Positions 20,965 to 30,935 of a DNA stretch of 64,000 nt are shown here, piece after piece (positions within the stretch are counted from its first letter, which is position 1; each line of letters opens with the position of its first letter). The DNA lies in the NCBI GenBank assembly GCA_045863335.1, contig BTVY01000010.1:14255-78254 (forward strand), in the 5' to 3' direction. The notes beneath the pieces were generated by a model. The model was given only the letters and a program-made list of their open reading frames with translations, ran no database searches and was not told the origin of the DNA. A program made the translations under genes and the position numbers. This stretch comes from Candidatus Hydrogenedentota bacterium. Lineage in GTDB: Bacteria; Hydrogenedentota; Hydrogenedentia; Hydrogenedentales; SLHB01.

Positions 20965-22704
20965 ATGACGGACAAGACTTTCAAGCGAACGCTGGTGACC
21001 AGCGCTCTGCCTTATGCGAACGGCCATATCCATCTCGGCCACATCGCGGGCGCGTACCTGCCGGCGGATATCTACGTGCGCTATAAACGGCTCAAGGGCG
21101 AACCGGTGCTGTACATCTGCGGGTCCGACGAGTTCGGCGTGCCTATTACGCTGACCGCGTTGAAAGAGGGCATTACCCCGCAGGAGGTCATCGACCGCTA
21201 CCACGCGGCGAACACTAAATCCTTCGCCGATCTGGGCATCGGCTTCGACATCTACGGGCGCACGTCATGGCCCCTGCACGCCGACACCACGCAGACCTTC
21301 TTCCGCAGGCTCAACGATGGCGGCTTTGTTGAAGAGCAAGAAATGGAGTTGTGGTACTCGGAGCAATCCGAAATCTACCTGCCGGACCGGTATGTCAAAG
21401 GCACTTGCCCAAAGTGCGGGTATGAAGACGCGACGGGCGACGAGTGCGAGAATTGCGGCGCCCAGTACGCGGCGCACGATCTCATCAATCCGCGCGTCAA
21501 TATTCCGAACGACACGTCCACGCCCGTCCTGCGCAACTCAACGCACTGGTTCCTGCGGCTCCAGGATTTCGCGGGCGATCTGAAAACGTGGCTGGACAGC
21601 CATCCGGAATGGCGCGCCAACGTGAAGGGCATCGCCAACGGCTGGGTGCAGGATCTCCGCGCGCGCTGCATCACCCGCGATACGGATTGGGGCGTGCCCA
21701 TTCCGCTGGACGATCCGCGCACGAAGGGCAAGCGCATTTATGTATGGTTCGACGCGCCCATCGGCTACGTGACGAACACGCGGCAGTGGGGCATTGATAC
21801 GAAGGGCGACGAGAACGCGTGGGAACCGTGGTGGAAGGATGAATCAACCCGGCTGATCCATTTCATCGGCAAGGACAACGTGCCCTTCCATGCCGTCATT
21901 TTTCCGGCCATGCTGATGGGCCAAAAAGACTACGTGCTGCCTGACGACGTGGTCGGAAACGAGTACCTCAACGTCTTCAATCGCCAGACGGGGAAAGCGG
22001 AAAAGGGATCGAAGTCAAAGGGCAACATGATCAGCGTGCGCTGGTTTGTGGAACGGTTCAGCCGCGACGCCATCCGCTACTACATCTGCGCCATCATGCC
22101 GGAGACGAAAGACGCGGCCTTCGACTGGGACGAATTCCAGAACCGGTACAACGGCGAACTCTGCGATGTGGTCGGCAACTTCGTGCACCGGTCGCTGACG
22201 ATGACGGTCAAGAACTTCGACGGGAAAGTGCCCGAACCGGGCGATTTGGACGACGAGGATCGCGCCTTGCTGGATTCTTTGCCGGGGCTTATCGACGGCG
22301 TTGCCGAATCACTGGAAGGTTTCCGGTTCCGTCAGGCCTCCGAACGATTCATCGACATCGGCCGCCGCGCCAATGTCTATTTCGACACGAAAGTGCCGTG
22401 GACCACGCGCAAGACAGACCTCGTCCGCACCGGCACGACGTTGTACGTGTGCTGCCAGGTCGTGCGCGCGCTCTGCACAGTCATGGCGCCCTTCGCACCC
22501 GACGGCGCGGCGAAGTTGGCAGAGACCCTCGGCGTGGCTCTGCCGAACGGCGGTTCCGCTGGCGGCGAGGACGGGTGGAATGCTGCGAAGGACGGGGTAC
22601 GCGCAGGCAGCCCCCTGCAAACCCCGCAGGTGCTGTTCCCCAAGGTCGACCCGGACGTCATCGCCCAGCTTGCGGAAGAGCACGCCGCGGGGAAAGCGTT
22701 CTAG
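20965..22704 (+). CDS. metG: Methionine--tRNA ligase
   Basis: TSALPYANGHIHLGH, CPKC/CENC Zn knuckle, YVWFDAPIGY, FIGKDN, KGSKS (KMSKS variant); no C-terminal tRNA-binding domain. Confidence 0.96.
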   Translation: MTDKTFKRTLVTSALPYANGHIHLGHIAGAYLPADIYVRYKRLKGEPVLYICGSDEFGVPITLTALKEGITPQEVIDRYHAANTKSFADLGIGFDIYGRTSWPLHADTTQTFFRRLNDGGFVEEQEMELWYSEQSEIYLPDRYVKGTCPKCGYEDATGDECENCGAQYAAHDLINPRVNIPNDTSTPVLRNSTHWFLRLQDFAGDLKTWLDSHPEWRANVKGIANGWVQDLRARCITRDTDWGVPIPLDDPRTKGKRIYVWFDAPIGYVTNTRQWGIDTKGDENAWEPWWKDESTRLIHFIGKDNVPFHAVIFPAMLMGQKDYVLPDDVVGNEYLNVFNRQTGKAEKGSKSKGNMISVRWFVERFSRDAIRYYICAIMPETKDAAFDWDEFQNRYNGELCDVVGNFVHRSLTMTVKNFDGKVPEPGDLDDEDRALLDSLPGLIDGVAESLEGFRFRQASERFIDIGRRANVYFDTKVPWTTRKTDLVRTGTTLYVCCQVVRALCTVMAPFAPDGAAKLAETLGVALPNGGSAGGEDGWNAAKDGVRAGSPLQTPQVLFPKVDPDVIAQLAEEHAAGKAF

Positions 22705-22748
22705 CAAATCGCAGGCGCTTGCGCGTCATCGCACCAAGTCACGACCCT

Positions 22749-22771
22749 TGTAGCGCAGGCGTCCCGCCGGC
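22749..22771. repeat. Single GTAG-type REP copy
   Basis: TGTAGCGCAGGCGTCCCGCCGGC, near-identical to the left arm at 7757. Confidence 0.7.
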
Positions 22772-22829
22772 TTCTTCGTGTAGAATCTCGCTCGTCCGTG
22801 CAGATCGTGCGGTTCAGGGGGGAGATAAC

Positions 22830-23786
22830 ATGACACCACGGGAAAGATTCATTGCCGCGTTGGAGCGGCGTCCGCTGACCGGGCGGGTGCCGCACTTCGA
22901 GTTGGTTTTCTTTCTTACCATGGAAGCCTTTGGACGCGTGCATCCGAGCCACCGCAACTATGCCCAGTGGGACCAAATGACGGAGTCGGAGCGCAACCTT
23001 CATCGCCATGACCAGGCGGACTTGTTCATCCAGACGGCGCGGCACTACGAACACAACGCGATCTTTCTGCATCCCAATCCGTGGCGCGAGGACGAGGCCT
23101 TGCGCTGCATTGATCTTGTGCGGGAGAAGTCCGGCGACGAGTTCTTCCTCATGTACCACGGCGACGCAACCTACGCCATCCCCCACGGAGACGAAATGGT
23201 CGAGCACGCGGCGTGGTTGTACGAGCATTTCGACGAAGCAAGGGACGAAGCGCAACGGAAGGTCGACAAACAACTCGCCTGGGCGGAGCGGCTCGCGAAG
23301 CACGGCGGCCTGGACGGGTTTGCCTTGTGCGACGATTATTGCTTTAACGACAACCCCTTCCTCAGCCCCGACATGTTTGCGGAGATCATTACGCCGTACT
23401 TGACGCAGGTGATCGCGGGTGAACGCGAACTCGGGTTCTACTGCATCAAACATACCGACGGCAACGTGATGCCGATCCTCGACCAGCTCGTGAGCGCTAA
23501 TCCCCACGCGATTCATTCGCTCGATCCGCAGGGTGGCGTCAACATCGCGGAAGTGAAACGGCTCTATGGCGACAAGGTGTGCCTCATCGGGAACGTGAAC
23601 TGCGGGCTGCTCACGTCCGGTACCGAGGAAGAGGTGATCGAATCCGCACGGTACTGCATCAAGCACGGCATGCCTGGCGGCGGCTACATCTTTTCCACCA
23701 GCAACTGCGCATTCACCGGGCTACCCCTCGAACGGTATGAACTCATGTGGCGCGTCTGGCACGAAGAAGCCATCTATCCGGAGTAA
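22830..23786 (+). CDS. Uroporphyrinogen decarboxylase-like (URO-D/MtaA-CmuA superfamily) protein
   Basis: MTPRERF start, DDYCF..PFLSP, KHTDGNV, GNVNC, GGGYIFSTSN; GGGGAG RBS. Confidence 0.85.
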   Translation: MTPRERFIAALERRPLTGRVPHFELVFFLTMEAFGRVHPSHRNYAQWDQMTESERNLHRHDQADLFIQTARHYEHNAIFLHPNPWREDEALRCIDLVREKSGDEFFLMYHGDATYAIPHGDEMVEHAAWLYEHFDEARDEAQRKVDKQLAWAERLAKHGGLDGFALCDDYCFNDNPFLSPDMFAEIITPYLTQVIAGERELGFYCIKHTDGNVMPILDQLVSANPHAIHSLDPQGGVNIAEVKRLYGDKVCLIGNVNCGLLTSGTEEEVIESARYCIKHGMPGGGYIFSTSNCAFTGLPLERYELMWRVWHEEAIYPE

Positions 23787-23867
23787 ACACTCCCGTTTCT
23801 GTTATCCTGTTGACGGAATTTGTCACGGCGTGCGCTGCACGTACGTTACCGATAGGAGATCGATCCC

Positions 23868-24449
23868 ATGAGCGCGAAGAAGATTCTCATGCTGGTTGGC
23901 GACTATGTTGAAGATTACGAAGCCATGTGCCCGTTTCAGATTTTGCAGACCGTCGGGCACACGGTCCATGCGGTGTGTCCGGACAAGAAAGCGGGCGATT
24001 CGGTGCGCACGGCCATCCACGATTTCGAAGGCGACCAGACCTACAGCGAGAAGCGCGGCCACAACTTTGCGTTGAACGCTACCTTTGCGGACATCAAGGA
24101 GGCGGACTACGACGCGCTGGTGATTCCCGGCGGGCGCGCGCCCGAATATATCCGGCTCAATCCACGTGTGATCGAGATCGTGCGGCATTTCGCCGAGGCA
24201 AACAAACCCATCGCCGCCGTTTGCCACGGGCTGCAGGTGCTCGCCGCGGCGGGCGTGCTCAAGGGCCGGACTTGCTCCGCCTATCCGGCCTGCGGGCCTG
24301 ACATTGTCAGCGCAGGCGGCACCTATAAAGACATCGCGATGGACGCGGCGCACGTGGATGGCAACCTCGTCTCCGCGCCCGCGTGGCCGGCCCATCCCGC
24401 GTGGATGGCGGCATTTCTAAAGGTTTTGGGGACAACAATCGAAGCCTAG
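23868..24449 (+). CDS. DJ-1/PfpI family protein
   Basis: [22 protein letters not shown] nucleophile, [11 protein letters not shown]. Confidence 0.93.
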   Translation: MSAKKILMLVGDYVEDYEAMCPFQILQTVGHTVHAVCPDKKAGDSVRTAIHDFEGDQTYSEKRGHNFALNATFADIKEADYDALVIPGGRAPEYIRLNPRVIEIVRHFAEANKPIAAVCHGLQVLAAAGVLKGRTCSAYPACGPDIVSAGGTYKDIAMDAAHVDGNLVSAPAWPAHPAWMAAFLKVLGTTIEA

Positions 24450-24467
24450 GAAACGGGGGATTCACCG

Positions 24468-25988
24468 ATGCGCGCTGTCGTACTTGCATTGACGCTGACC
24501 TGCGGGGCCGTCGCCGCGCCCATGCTGATTCTCAACGAAGACAACAGTCATTTCTACATGTCGCGCACGGCAAACGACATGACCATCGACGGTTTGAATG
24601 CCTTCGTCGATCAATACGCGGGCACCAAAGTCACCCACCTCTTCCTCAACGCCAGCGCCATGCGCGCGAGTTACGCGAGCGATGTGTGGGACCGCATCTG
24701 GGACGTGGGCAATCAGGTCGTGCCGGAAGAGCCGCCGGTTCTCCAGAACTGGGTGGACAACGCGCGGCTGCTACACGAGCGCGGACTCGATCCCTACGCC
24801 CTGTGGATCGCGCGTTGCCGCGAGAAAGGCATCTCGCCCTGGATCAGCATGCGCATGAACGATGTCCACGACGTGGACAATCCCAAGAATTTCATGCACA
24901 GCACGTACTGGGTGAACCATCCGGAATACTGGCGCGTGCCCGGCAGCACGGGCGCCTGGGTAGACCGTGCGTTCAACTACGCGATTCCCGAAGTCCGCGA
25001 ACATCACATGGTGCTTATTCGCGAACTGCTGGAACGGTACGACGCTGACGGCATCGAGCTGGACTGGATGCGCTTCGGCTATCACTTCGCGCCGGGCGAA
25101 GAGGAAGCGGGTCGAGCCATTCTCACCGCGTTCATGCGAGACGTGCGCGACCTGGCTAGTACGTGGTCCACGAAACGAGGCCATCCCATTCAGGTTTGCG
25201 CGCGCGTTCCGGCGCACCCGGACGCGGCTGTGGGACTAGGCATGGACGGTATCGCGTGGGCGCAGGAAGGTTTGATCGACATCTTGATCCCTACGCCCTT
25301 CTGGGCAACAGCCGACTTCGACATCCCGGTCGAGCTCTGGCGTGAACAGTTGGGCGACGCGGATGCCAACATCATCGTCGCGCCGGGACAGGAGATCCTC
25401 GTCAGGGCATATCCCGGCGGCCCCGCAGTCCCGAATGACCTGGCGTCCTTGCGCGGGTTCGCGGCGTCGGCCTGGCATCGCGGCGCGGAAGGTATGTACC
25501 TCTTCAATTACATGGATCCCGCGCCCATGGCCGGCGGCGTCGAGGCGTACCGGACGCTTCTCAAAGAAGGCCTGGCGGAATCTGCTCTGGAGGGTAAAAC
25601 GAGCCGCCACGTGGTGACGTACCGTGACACGGTACCCGCACGTGTTTCTAACAATGCACAGTTGCCAAAGCCCGCGAACGATTCCTGCGGGTTCCGAATC
25701 TACGCGGGACCCATCCCTGCAAGCGGCACTGCAACGTTGCTTGTTGGATTGGCGGAAAAGGAAGGCGTGGGCAACGTCGTAATGCAGGCGTCCGCGAACG
25801 GCAAACCGTGCGAAGCGATCGCTGATATCACGGACCGCGAAAACCTCGCCGGCGTTGGTCGCGCGCTTGCGTTCCAATGCCCTGCGTCGGCACTAACGGA
25901 CGGATACAATACGTTCGAGGTGTTGCCGGAGTCCGCTGCGGCGGAACACCAGATCGTCTGGGTGGAACTGCGGTTAGACGCAGAGTAA
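24468..25988 (+). CDS. Exported GHL10-like (family 10-like) TIM-barrel glycoside hydrolase
   Basis: Signal peptide; LNEDNSH, SMRMNDVH, NYAIPEVR, YDADGIELDWMR, GMYLFN. Confidence 0.7.
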   Translation: MRAVVLALTLTCGAVAAPMLILNEDNSHFYMSRTANDMTIDGLNAFVDQYAGTKVTHLFLNASAMRASYASDVWDRIWDVGNQVVPEEPPVLQNWVDNARLLHERGLDPYALWIARCREKGISPWISMRMNDVHDVDNPKNFMHSTYWVNHPEYWRVPGSTGAWVDRAFNYAIPEVREHHMVLIRELLERYDADGIELDWMRFGYHFAPGEEEAGRAILTAFMRDVRDLASTWSTKRGHPIQVCARVPAHPDAAVGLGMDGIAWAQEGLIDILIPTPFWATADFDIPVELWREQLGDADANIIVAPGQEILVRAYPGGPAVPNDLASLRGFAASAWHRGAEGMYLFNYMDPAPMAGGVEAYRTLLKEGLAESALEGKTSRHVVTYRDTVPARVSNNAQLPKPANDSCGFRIYAGPIPASGTATLLVGLAEKEGVGNVVMQASANGKPCEAIADITDRENLAGVGRALAFQCPASALTDGYNTFEVLPESAAAEHQIVWVELRLDAE

Positions 25989-26003
25989 CAGTGCGGATGC
26001 CGA

Positions 26004-26034
26004 TTGTGGTGCAGGCTGAAAGCCTGCACCACAA
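26004..26034. repeat. REP-like palindrome
   Basis: TTGTGGTGCAGGCT-GAA-AGCCTGCACCACAA perfect hairpin; related to 30073-30125. Confidence 0.7.
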
Positions 26035-26066
26035 TTTCACGCATCAAGAGGCAATGGAGGCCGATC

Positions 26067-27470
26067 ATGCGCGTAGCCTGGATAGGATTGCTCGTCCTCC
26101 TACTGCCGACCTTCGCAAGCGCCGACATTAAGATCCCGGTCATCGAGGGGGAATGGTGGCAGGTGGCGGGCGACCCGGACTTGGGCCAGTACACCGATCC
26201 AAAGCAACAGCCCGTTGATTTCGCGGTGTGGCAAGCGGCCGACGGCACCTGGCAACTGTGGTCGTGCATTCGCCACACCACCTGCGGCGGCCATACGCGC
26301 CTGTTTCACCGCTGGGAAGGGCAGCGCCTCACCGACACCGATTGGGAACCGAAAGGTATCGCCATGATGGCGGACCCTGGCCTCGGCGAACCCTTGGGCG
26401 GATTGCAGGCACCGCATGTGGTGCAGTGGCAAGGCACGTACTGGATGGCCTACGGCGACTGGGACGACATCTGCTTCGCCACCAGCGAGGACGGCAAGGA
26501 GTTCACCCGGATCATCCAGCCGGACGGCGAAACGGCGGTGTTCACCGAAGGCCCCGGGGTGAATACGCGCGACGCCATGCTCCTCTTCACGGAAGAACTC
26601 TGGTACTGCTACTACACGGCTTTCCCCAACGGGCGCGGCTACGACTATTGCCGCACATCGGCGGATCTGAAGACTTGGAGCCATTCCTCGGTTGTGGCCT
26701 ACGGTGGCTGGGCCGGCAACAATCCGTTTTCGGCGGAATGCCCGCACATGGTCGAGGTCGATCCCGGTGAATACTACCTGTTCCGCACGCAACGGTACGG
26801 GGAAGACGGGCAGACTTCGGTGTACCGTTCGGAGAATCCATTGAACTTTGGGATCGACGACGACTCGTACTTCGTGACGTCTATGCCCGTCGCCGCGCCG
26901 GAGATCGTCTTGTATGAGGGGCAGTACTACATGGCTTCCCTTTTGCCCAGTCTCAAGGGCATACGCATCGCAAAGCTGAATTGGGTTTCGGTTGAAACCA
27001 TTGGCATGCCTGTCTTCGACTTCGACGACACCGATGCGCGGGAAGAATGGAAGGTCGTCGATGGCGACATCGATCCCGTGTTTACCCAATCGACACGGCA
27101 GGATTTCGCCGCGCCCATGGATTGGTTCATCGGCACCGCTGAGGTTGCCGAGGGCGGTTTCGAAGATGCGCGCATGTGCGTCGTTGAATCGCCGTCCTTC
27201 ACTGTCGTGGACGCACCATACGCCGTCTACATTTCCGGAGGCGCGCGCGACGCCTCGTTGCACGTTGTCGTGGCCGACTCCGCCACCGGCGAAGAGTTCC
27301 TTCGCATGACCGGCCGAACCAGCAATCGTCTCGAACGGCGCATTGTTGACCTGTCGAAGTTTGCGGGAAGAGAAGCCGTCGTTCGGGTTGTGGACCGCGA
27401 CTCCGAGCCCTGGGGGCACATCAATTTCGGTGGGTTATTCGTATTGAGCGGTCAGGGGAACTCTGACTGA
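26067..27470 (+). CDS. Exported five-bladed beta-propeller glycoside hydrolase (GH32/43 clan-like) with C-terminal accessory domain
   Basis: Signal peptide; QAPHV, TRDAM (RDP-like), SAECP, C-terminal WGHINF; GGAGG RBS before ATG 26067. Confidence 0.7.
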   Translation: MRVAWIGLLVLLLPTFASADIKIPVIEGEWWQVAGDPDLGQYTDPKQQPVDFAVWQAADGTWQLWSCIRHTTCGGHTRLFHRWEGQRLTDTDWEPKGIAMMADPGLGEPLGGLQAPHVVQWQGTYWMAYGDWDDICFATSEDGKEFTRIIQPDGETAVFTEGPGVNTRDAMLLFTEELWYCYYTAFPNGRGYDYCRTSADLKTWSHSSVVAYGGWAGNNPFSAECPHMVEVDPGEYYLFRTQRYGEDGQTSVYRSENPLNFGIDDDSYFVTSMPVAAPEIVLYEGQYYMASLLPSLKGIRIAKLNWVSVETIGMPVFDFDDTDAREEWKVVDGDIDPVFTQSTRQDFAAPMDWFIGTAEVAEGGFEDARMCVVESPSFTVVDAPYAVYISGGARDASLHVVVADSATGEEFLRMTGRTSNRLERRIVDLSKFAGREAVVRVVDRDSEPWGHINFGGLFVLSGQGNSD

Positions 27471-27523
27471 CGATCGGTGGCACGCGTCGTCATTCTGAGC
27501 GTAGAGTGGGCAAAATGATCGGG

Positions 27524-29761
27524 TCATCCTGCTTCGACTTCATCTTCGTCGCTCTCTTCCACTTCCACCAGTTCCGAGCGGCCGGCCATGTCGCGTTCAT
27601 TGGCCCACATCAGGAATCGATCGATGCGGTCGAACACCTCTTCCGAACCTTGGCCGTTGATGATGCCGTGGCGGTCATGGTCGAAATAGGTCAACTCCTT
27701 CTCGTGGGTGCCGAGCCGTTCGTAAATCCCCATGCCGCTCGTGGGATCGACGATGGGATCGCGGTGGCTCTGCACCAGCAGCGTCGGAACGCAAACGTCG
27801 CCGAGGACTTCTTCCATGGCGCGCATGGCGCTGCCCAATTCCTTCACGCCGGTGACCGGGTTGCGCGTGTAGTTGATGTGCTTGTTCTCCGGTGTATTTT
27901 CAACGTACTCCCAGTTACTTCCGCCTTTCCATCTGGACAGCAGACTGTTCATGGACACGATTGACGATGCGAACCGGGCCATGTAGTTGCGCAATTGCAA
28001 CGGCGCGTTGATGGCGAAAACCGCCTTTATTTTGTCGCGCTTCTTACCCGCTGCAAGGAGCGCGAGCACACCACCCGTGGAAAAGCCGCCGAGGATGATG
28101 TTATCGGTGAGACTTTTAATGATGGCGTAGCCGCGATTGACCGACTCGTACCATTCCTCCCACGGTGTCCGCGCCAGGTCCTCCGGCGACGTGCCATGAC
28201 CGCGCAGACGCGCCACGTAAACCGCGTAGCCCTTTGCCTCGAAATGCTCCGCCAAGGTCCGCACTTCCAGCGGCGCGGCCATGTAGCCGTGGACCAGCAG
28301 AATTCCCGCCTTGAACCGTTTAGGCGCGAGGAGAAAGGGCCTGCCCACTTCCGGTGGTTTGCTTTCCCCCGGTTTCGCAAACTCTGCGTAGTCGCGCTCG
28401 AAGATTTCCATATCTTCCAAAAGGAAGATCGAGCGAATCTTGCTCGACAATACCGTGCGAGGCGTATGCGCCACATTGCGAATGAGATTGGTCAGAAGCG
28501 AAAGCGGCTCGATTTCATTTGCAATCACCGTGGTGAGTTCGTCCTTGCGAACGGTCTGGAACTCGCCGCGTCCGGGCCGCAACTGAAAGTTCTTGATATA
28601 GAAGTTGCCCTGGCGGCGCAGGATTCCGTCGTTGATGCAGAGTTCTACGAAATCGTTGAACGCCTTGCTCGGGTCTTCGTAGATGATGTTGCGGTAGGAT
28701 TGATCGAGCACGTGATGAAGGCGGTGCTGCCCGAGTTGTTTGATTTGATGCACGCACAGGAAGATGCGGTTTCGATAGGCGCGCTCTGTGAATTTGCGCG
28801 CCCGCTGATGGCGGATAATGGTCCCAAAGATATGGTCGTAGTTGACCGTGGTGTTCCGGTAGATGTCCGCCATGTACCGGATCATTAACCGCCGCGCTGC
28901 TTCGTTGAAGGTGGATTCCGGGTCTTCTTCCAGCGGCGTGAGCCCCGCGCCTGGCGTGCCTTTCAAACGATCGAGATCGGGCGCTTGCAAGTACTCCCGT
29001 ACGTCGATGGGTTCGCCGAAGGTCACGTCGATATCCGTGTCCTTGGAAAGCACCGTGCCTTCGACGGAAAGCTCTTCGAGCGCGCGACGGCTCAGGTCTT
29101 TCGCAATGCCCCGCGCGACGCGCAACACAATGTTCTCGTGCGCGCGGATCGGGAAGTAGGTTATGTTTACCGGAATGATCGCCGTGTGTTGTTCCAGCAC
29201 GCGGTCCAGGGAGACGACGCAGAACTTCTCAAGCACGCTGGTCAGCTCTTCCTGCTCATCCGGATTGTCTTTCAGCAGGGCAAGCCGTTGCCGGTAAAAC
29301 TCGGCGCGGAGCGCGAGCACGGCGGCTCCTGTATGCGGCGGCCGGCGCGTGCCCTTGCTGTACACCGTGAACATGCCCTGCGCGTCGACGACCTTCTTGT
29401 CCTTGATCATCCCGCCTTCGGGAAAGATGATCCACGGGTTTTCCCCGTTCAGCAGCGAACAAATGATCGTCCGGTCGCGGTCCGGATCCTTGGTGGAAAC
29501 ATTGCCCATGGAGAGCAGGTACTTTCCGATGCGGCCGACGAACAGTTCCGCCGCCGCAAGCGACCAGATTTCCTTGCCCGTCTGCCGGTTCAGGATATAC
29601 GGCAGGAGAACCGTTTCCAGGCGCGTGAAATGATTGACCACGAAAATGATGGCGAGGTCGTCGCGGATATTCTCCACGTTGTGCAGCCGGATGTTGGCCT
29701 TGATCAGTTTGGTCGCGATATCCAAAGTCCATTTCGAGGACTTGACTGCAAACGCACCCAT
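27524..29761 (-). CDS. Fusion of PlsC/GPAT-like acyltransferase and alpha/beta hydrolase (monoacylglycerol lipase-like)
   Basis: N-terminal NHFTRLE, IFPEGG, IIPVNITY; C-terminal LVHGY, GHGTSPEDL, GGFSTGG, DPIV, RHGI. Confidence 0.85.
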   Translation of the reverse strand: MGAFAVKSSKWTLDIATKLIKANIRLHNVENIRDDLAIIFVVNHFTRLETVLLPYILNRQTGKEIWSLAAAELFVGRIGKYLLSMGNVSTKDPDRDRTIICSLLNGENPWIIFPEGGMIKDKKVVDAQGMFTVYSKGTRRPPHTGAAVLALRAEFYRQRLALLKDNPDEQEELTSVLEKFCVVSLDRVLEQHTAIIPVNITYFPIRAHENIVLRVARGIAKDLSRRALEELSVEGTVLSKDTDIDVTFGEPIDVREYLQAPDLDRLKGTPGAGLTPLEEDPESTFNEAARRLMIRYMADIYRNTTVNYDHIFGTIIRHQRARKFTERAYRNRIFLCVHQIKQLGQHRLHHVLDQSYRNIIYEDPSKAFNDFVELCINDGILRRQGNFYIKNFQLRPGRGEFQTVRKDELTTVIANEIEPLSLLTNLIRNVAHTPRTVLSSKIRSIFLLEDMEIFERDYAEFAKPGESKPPEVGRPFLLAPKRFKAGILLVHGYMAAPLEVRTLAEHFEAKGYAVYVARLRGHGTSPEDLARTPWEEWYESVNRGYAIIKSLTDNIILGGFSTGGVLALLAAGKKRDKIKAVFAINAPLQLRNYMARFASSIVSMNSLLSRWKGGSNWEYVENTPENKHINYTRNPVTGVKELGSAMRAMEEVLGDVCVPTLLVQSHRDPIVDPTSGMGIYERLGTHEKELTYFDHDRHGIINGQGSEEVFDRIDRFLMWANERDMAGRSELVEVEESDEDEVEAG

Positions 29762-29785
29762 GACTTCCCCTGGTAACTGTAATGG

Positions 29786-29998
29786 CTAACCCGCATTTCT
29801 CACCGACCCGCGTCGCCACCTTCGTGACAACGCATCAGAAGCGGTGAGAAACGCTCCCGAGTAAACCTTCAGGCTCACTGGTGAGGATTTCTCGCACGCA
29901 CACAGTGTCAATTCAGATGGCTTGCCACATCCACGGAAACTTCTGCAACAATTGACATTAAGTATTCAACGATATGTGCGTGTGAGAAATCCGGGCTA
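29786..29998. mobile_element. Cluster of two MITE-like units with CCCGSATTTCTCA / TGAGAAATCCGGG terminal inverted repeats
   Basis: Unit 29786-29854 is similar along its length to 60037-60111; unit 29885-29998 has GGATTTCTCGCACGCACA...TGTGCGTGTGAGAAATCCGGGCTA; outer ends both CTA. Confidence 0.65.
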
Positions 29999-30040
29999 AC
30001 GACCGGTGTCTGTCGTCACTATACCGCAGGAATTCCAACG

Positions 30041-30125
30041 CGGCAAGACGCCGGCGCTGCGCTCGAACGGGATTGTGGTGCAGGCTTCCAGCCTGCTTGA
30101 GAAGCTGGCCGAAAACCTGCACCAA
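30041..30125. repeat. Degenerate REP-like copies
   Basis: CGGCAAGACGCCGGCGCTGC and TTGTGGTGCAGGCTTCCAGCCTGC...CCTGCACCAA. Confidence 0.55.
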
Positions 30126-30169
30126 AGAAAGTGATCTCTCGCGAAGCGGTCAACCAAACCTCGCAGGGC

Positions 30170-30868
30170 TTACGCAAGGTCGAACAGCAACACCTCCGAG
30201 TCTTCCGTCGCCCGGATCTCCAGATTGGTCTCGTCGCTGATAGCCGCGCCATCCGAGACGTTCAGCACTTCACCGTTAACGGTTACCGACCCGCGCAAGA
30301 CTTGTATCCACGCGTGGCGGCCATCCGCGAGCGCGTGCGAAACTGCAGCGCCCGCATCGAGCGCGGCGAGGTATACCGACGCATCTTGATGGATCGTGAG
30401 CGCGCCGTTTTTCGCTTCGCGCGCCGCGACCAGCAGCAGGCGGTTATGCTTGTCTTCATCGGAATATGCGCGTTCTTCGTAGCCGGGTTCGAGTCCATCC
30501 CGCTCGGGAAACAACCAAATCTGGTAGAGGTGGACCGGTTCCGTGTCCGACGCATTGAACTCGCTGTGGCGAATCCCCGATCCGGCGGTCATCCGCTGGA
30601 ACATGCCGGGACCCAAGACTGATCCATTGCCCAGGCTGTCGCGATGTTCGAGTCCACCCTCCAAAACGTAGGTGAGAATCTCCATATCCTTGTGACCGTG
30701 TTCGCCGAAACCCTGACTTGGCTTCACGCGGTCCTCATTCATGACGCGCAGCGCGCGGAATCCCATGTGTTCCGGGTCGTGGTAGGCGCCAAAGGAAAAC
30801 GTGTGGTTCGCATCCAGCCAGCCGTGGTTGAAATGACCACGTTCATGCGATCGACGAATCGTAATCAT
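30170..30868 (-). CDS. Pirin family protein (YhhW-like)
   Basis: HTFSFG.Y.DP, LRVMNED, HGHKDMEILTYV, MTAGSGIRHSE; GGAGG RBS. Confidence 0.93.
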   Translation of the reverse strand: MITIRRSHERGHFNHGWLDANHTFSFGAYHDPEHMGFRALRVMNEDRVKPSQGFGEHGHKDMEILTYVLEGGLEHRDSLGNGSVLGPGMFQRMTAGSGIRHSEFNASDTEPVHLYQIWLFPERDGLEPGYEERAYSDEDKHNRLLLVAAREAKNGALTIHQDASVYLAALDAGAAVSHALADGRHAWIQVLRGSVTVNGEVLNVSDGAAISDETNLEIRATEDSEVLLFDLA

Positions 30869-30935
30869 CGTAAGACCTCCTCGATTTGTGCTCTGCGGTT
30901 GATCGTTTGCCAAGCAAGCGTTGCCTACTACCGTG

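Noticed and set aside
22398-22829. N-terminal extension of the URO-D-like ORF
   Set aside because: Overlaps metG in another frame; the RBS and family start are at 22830
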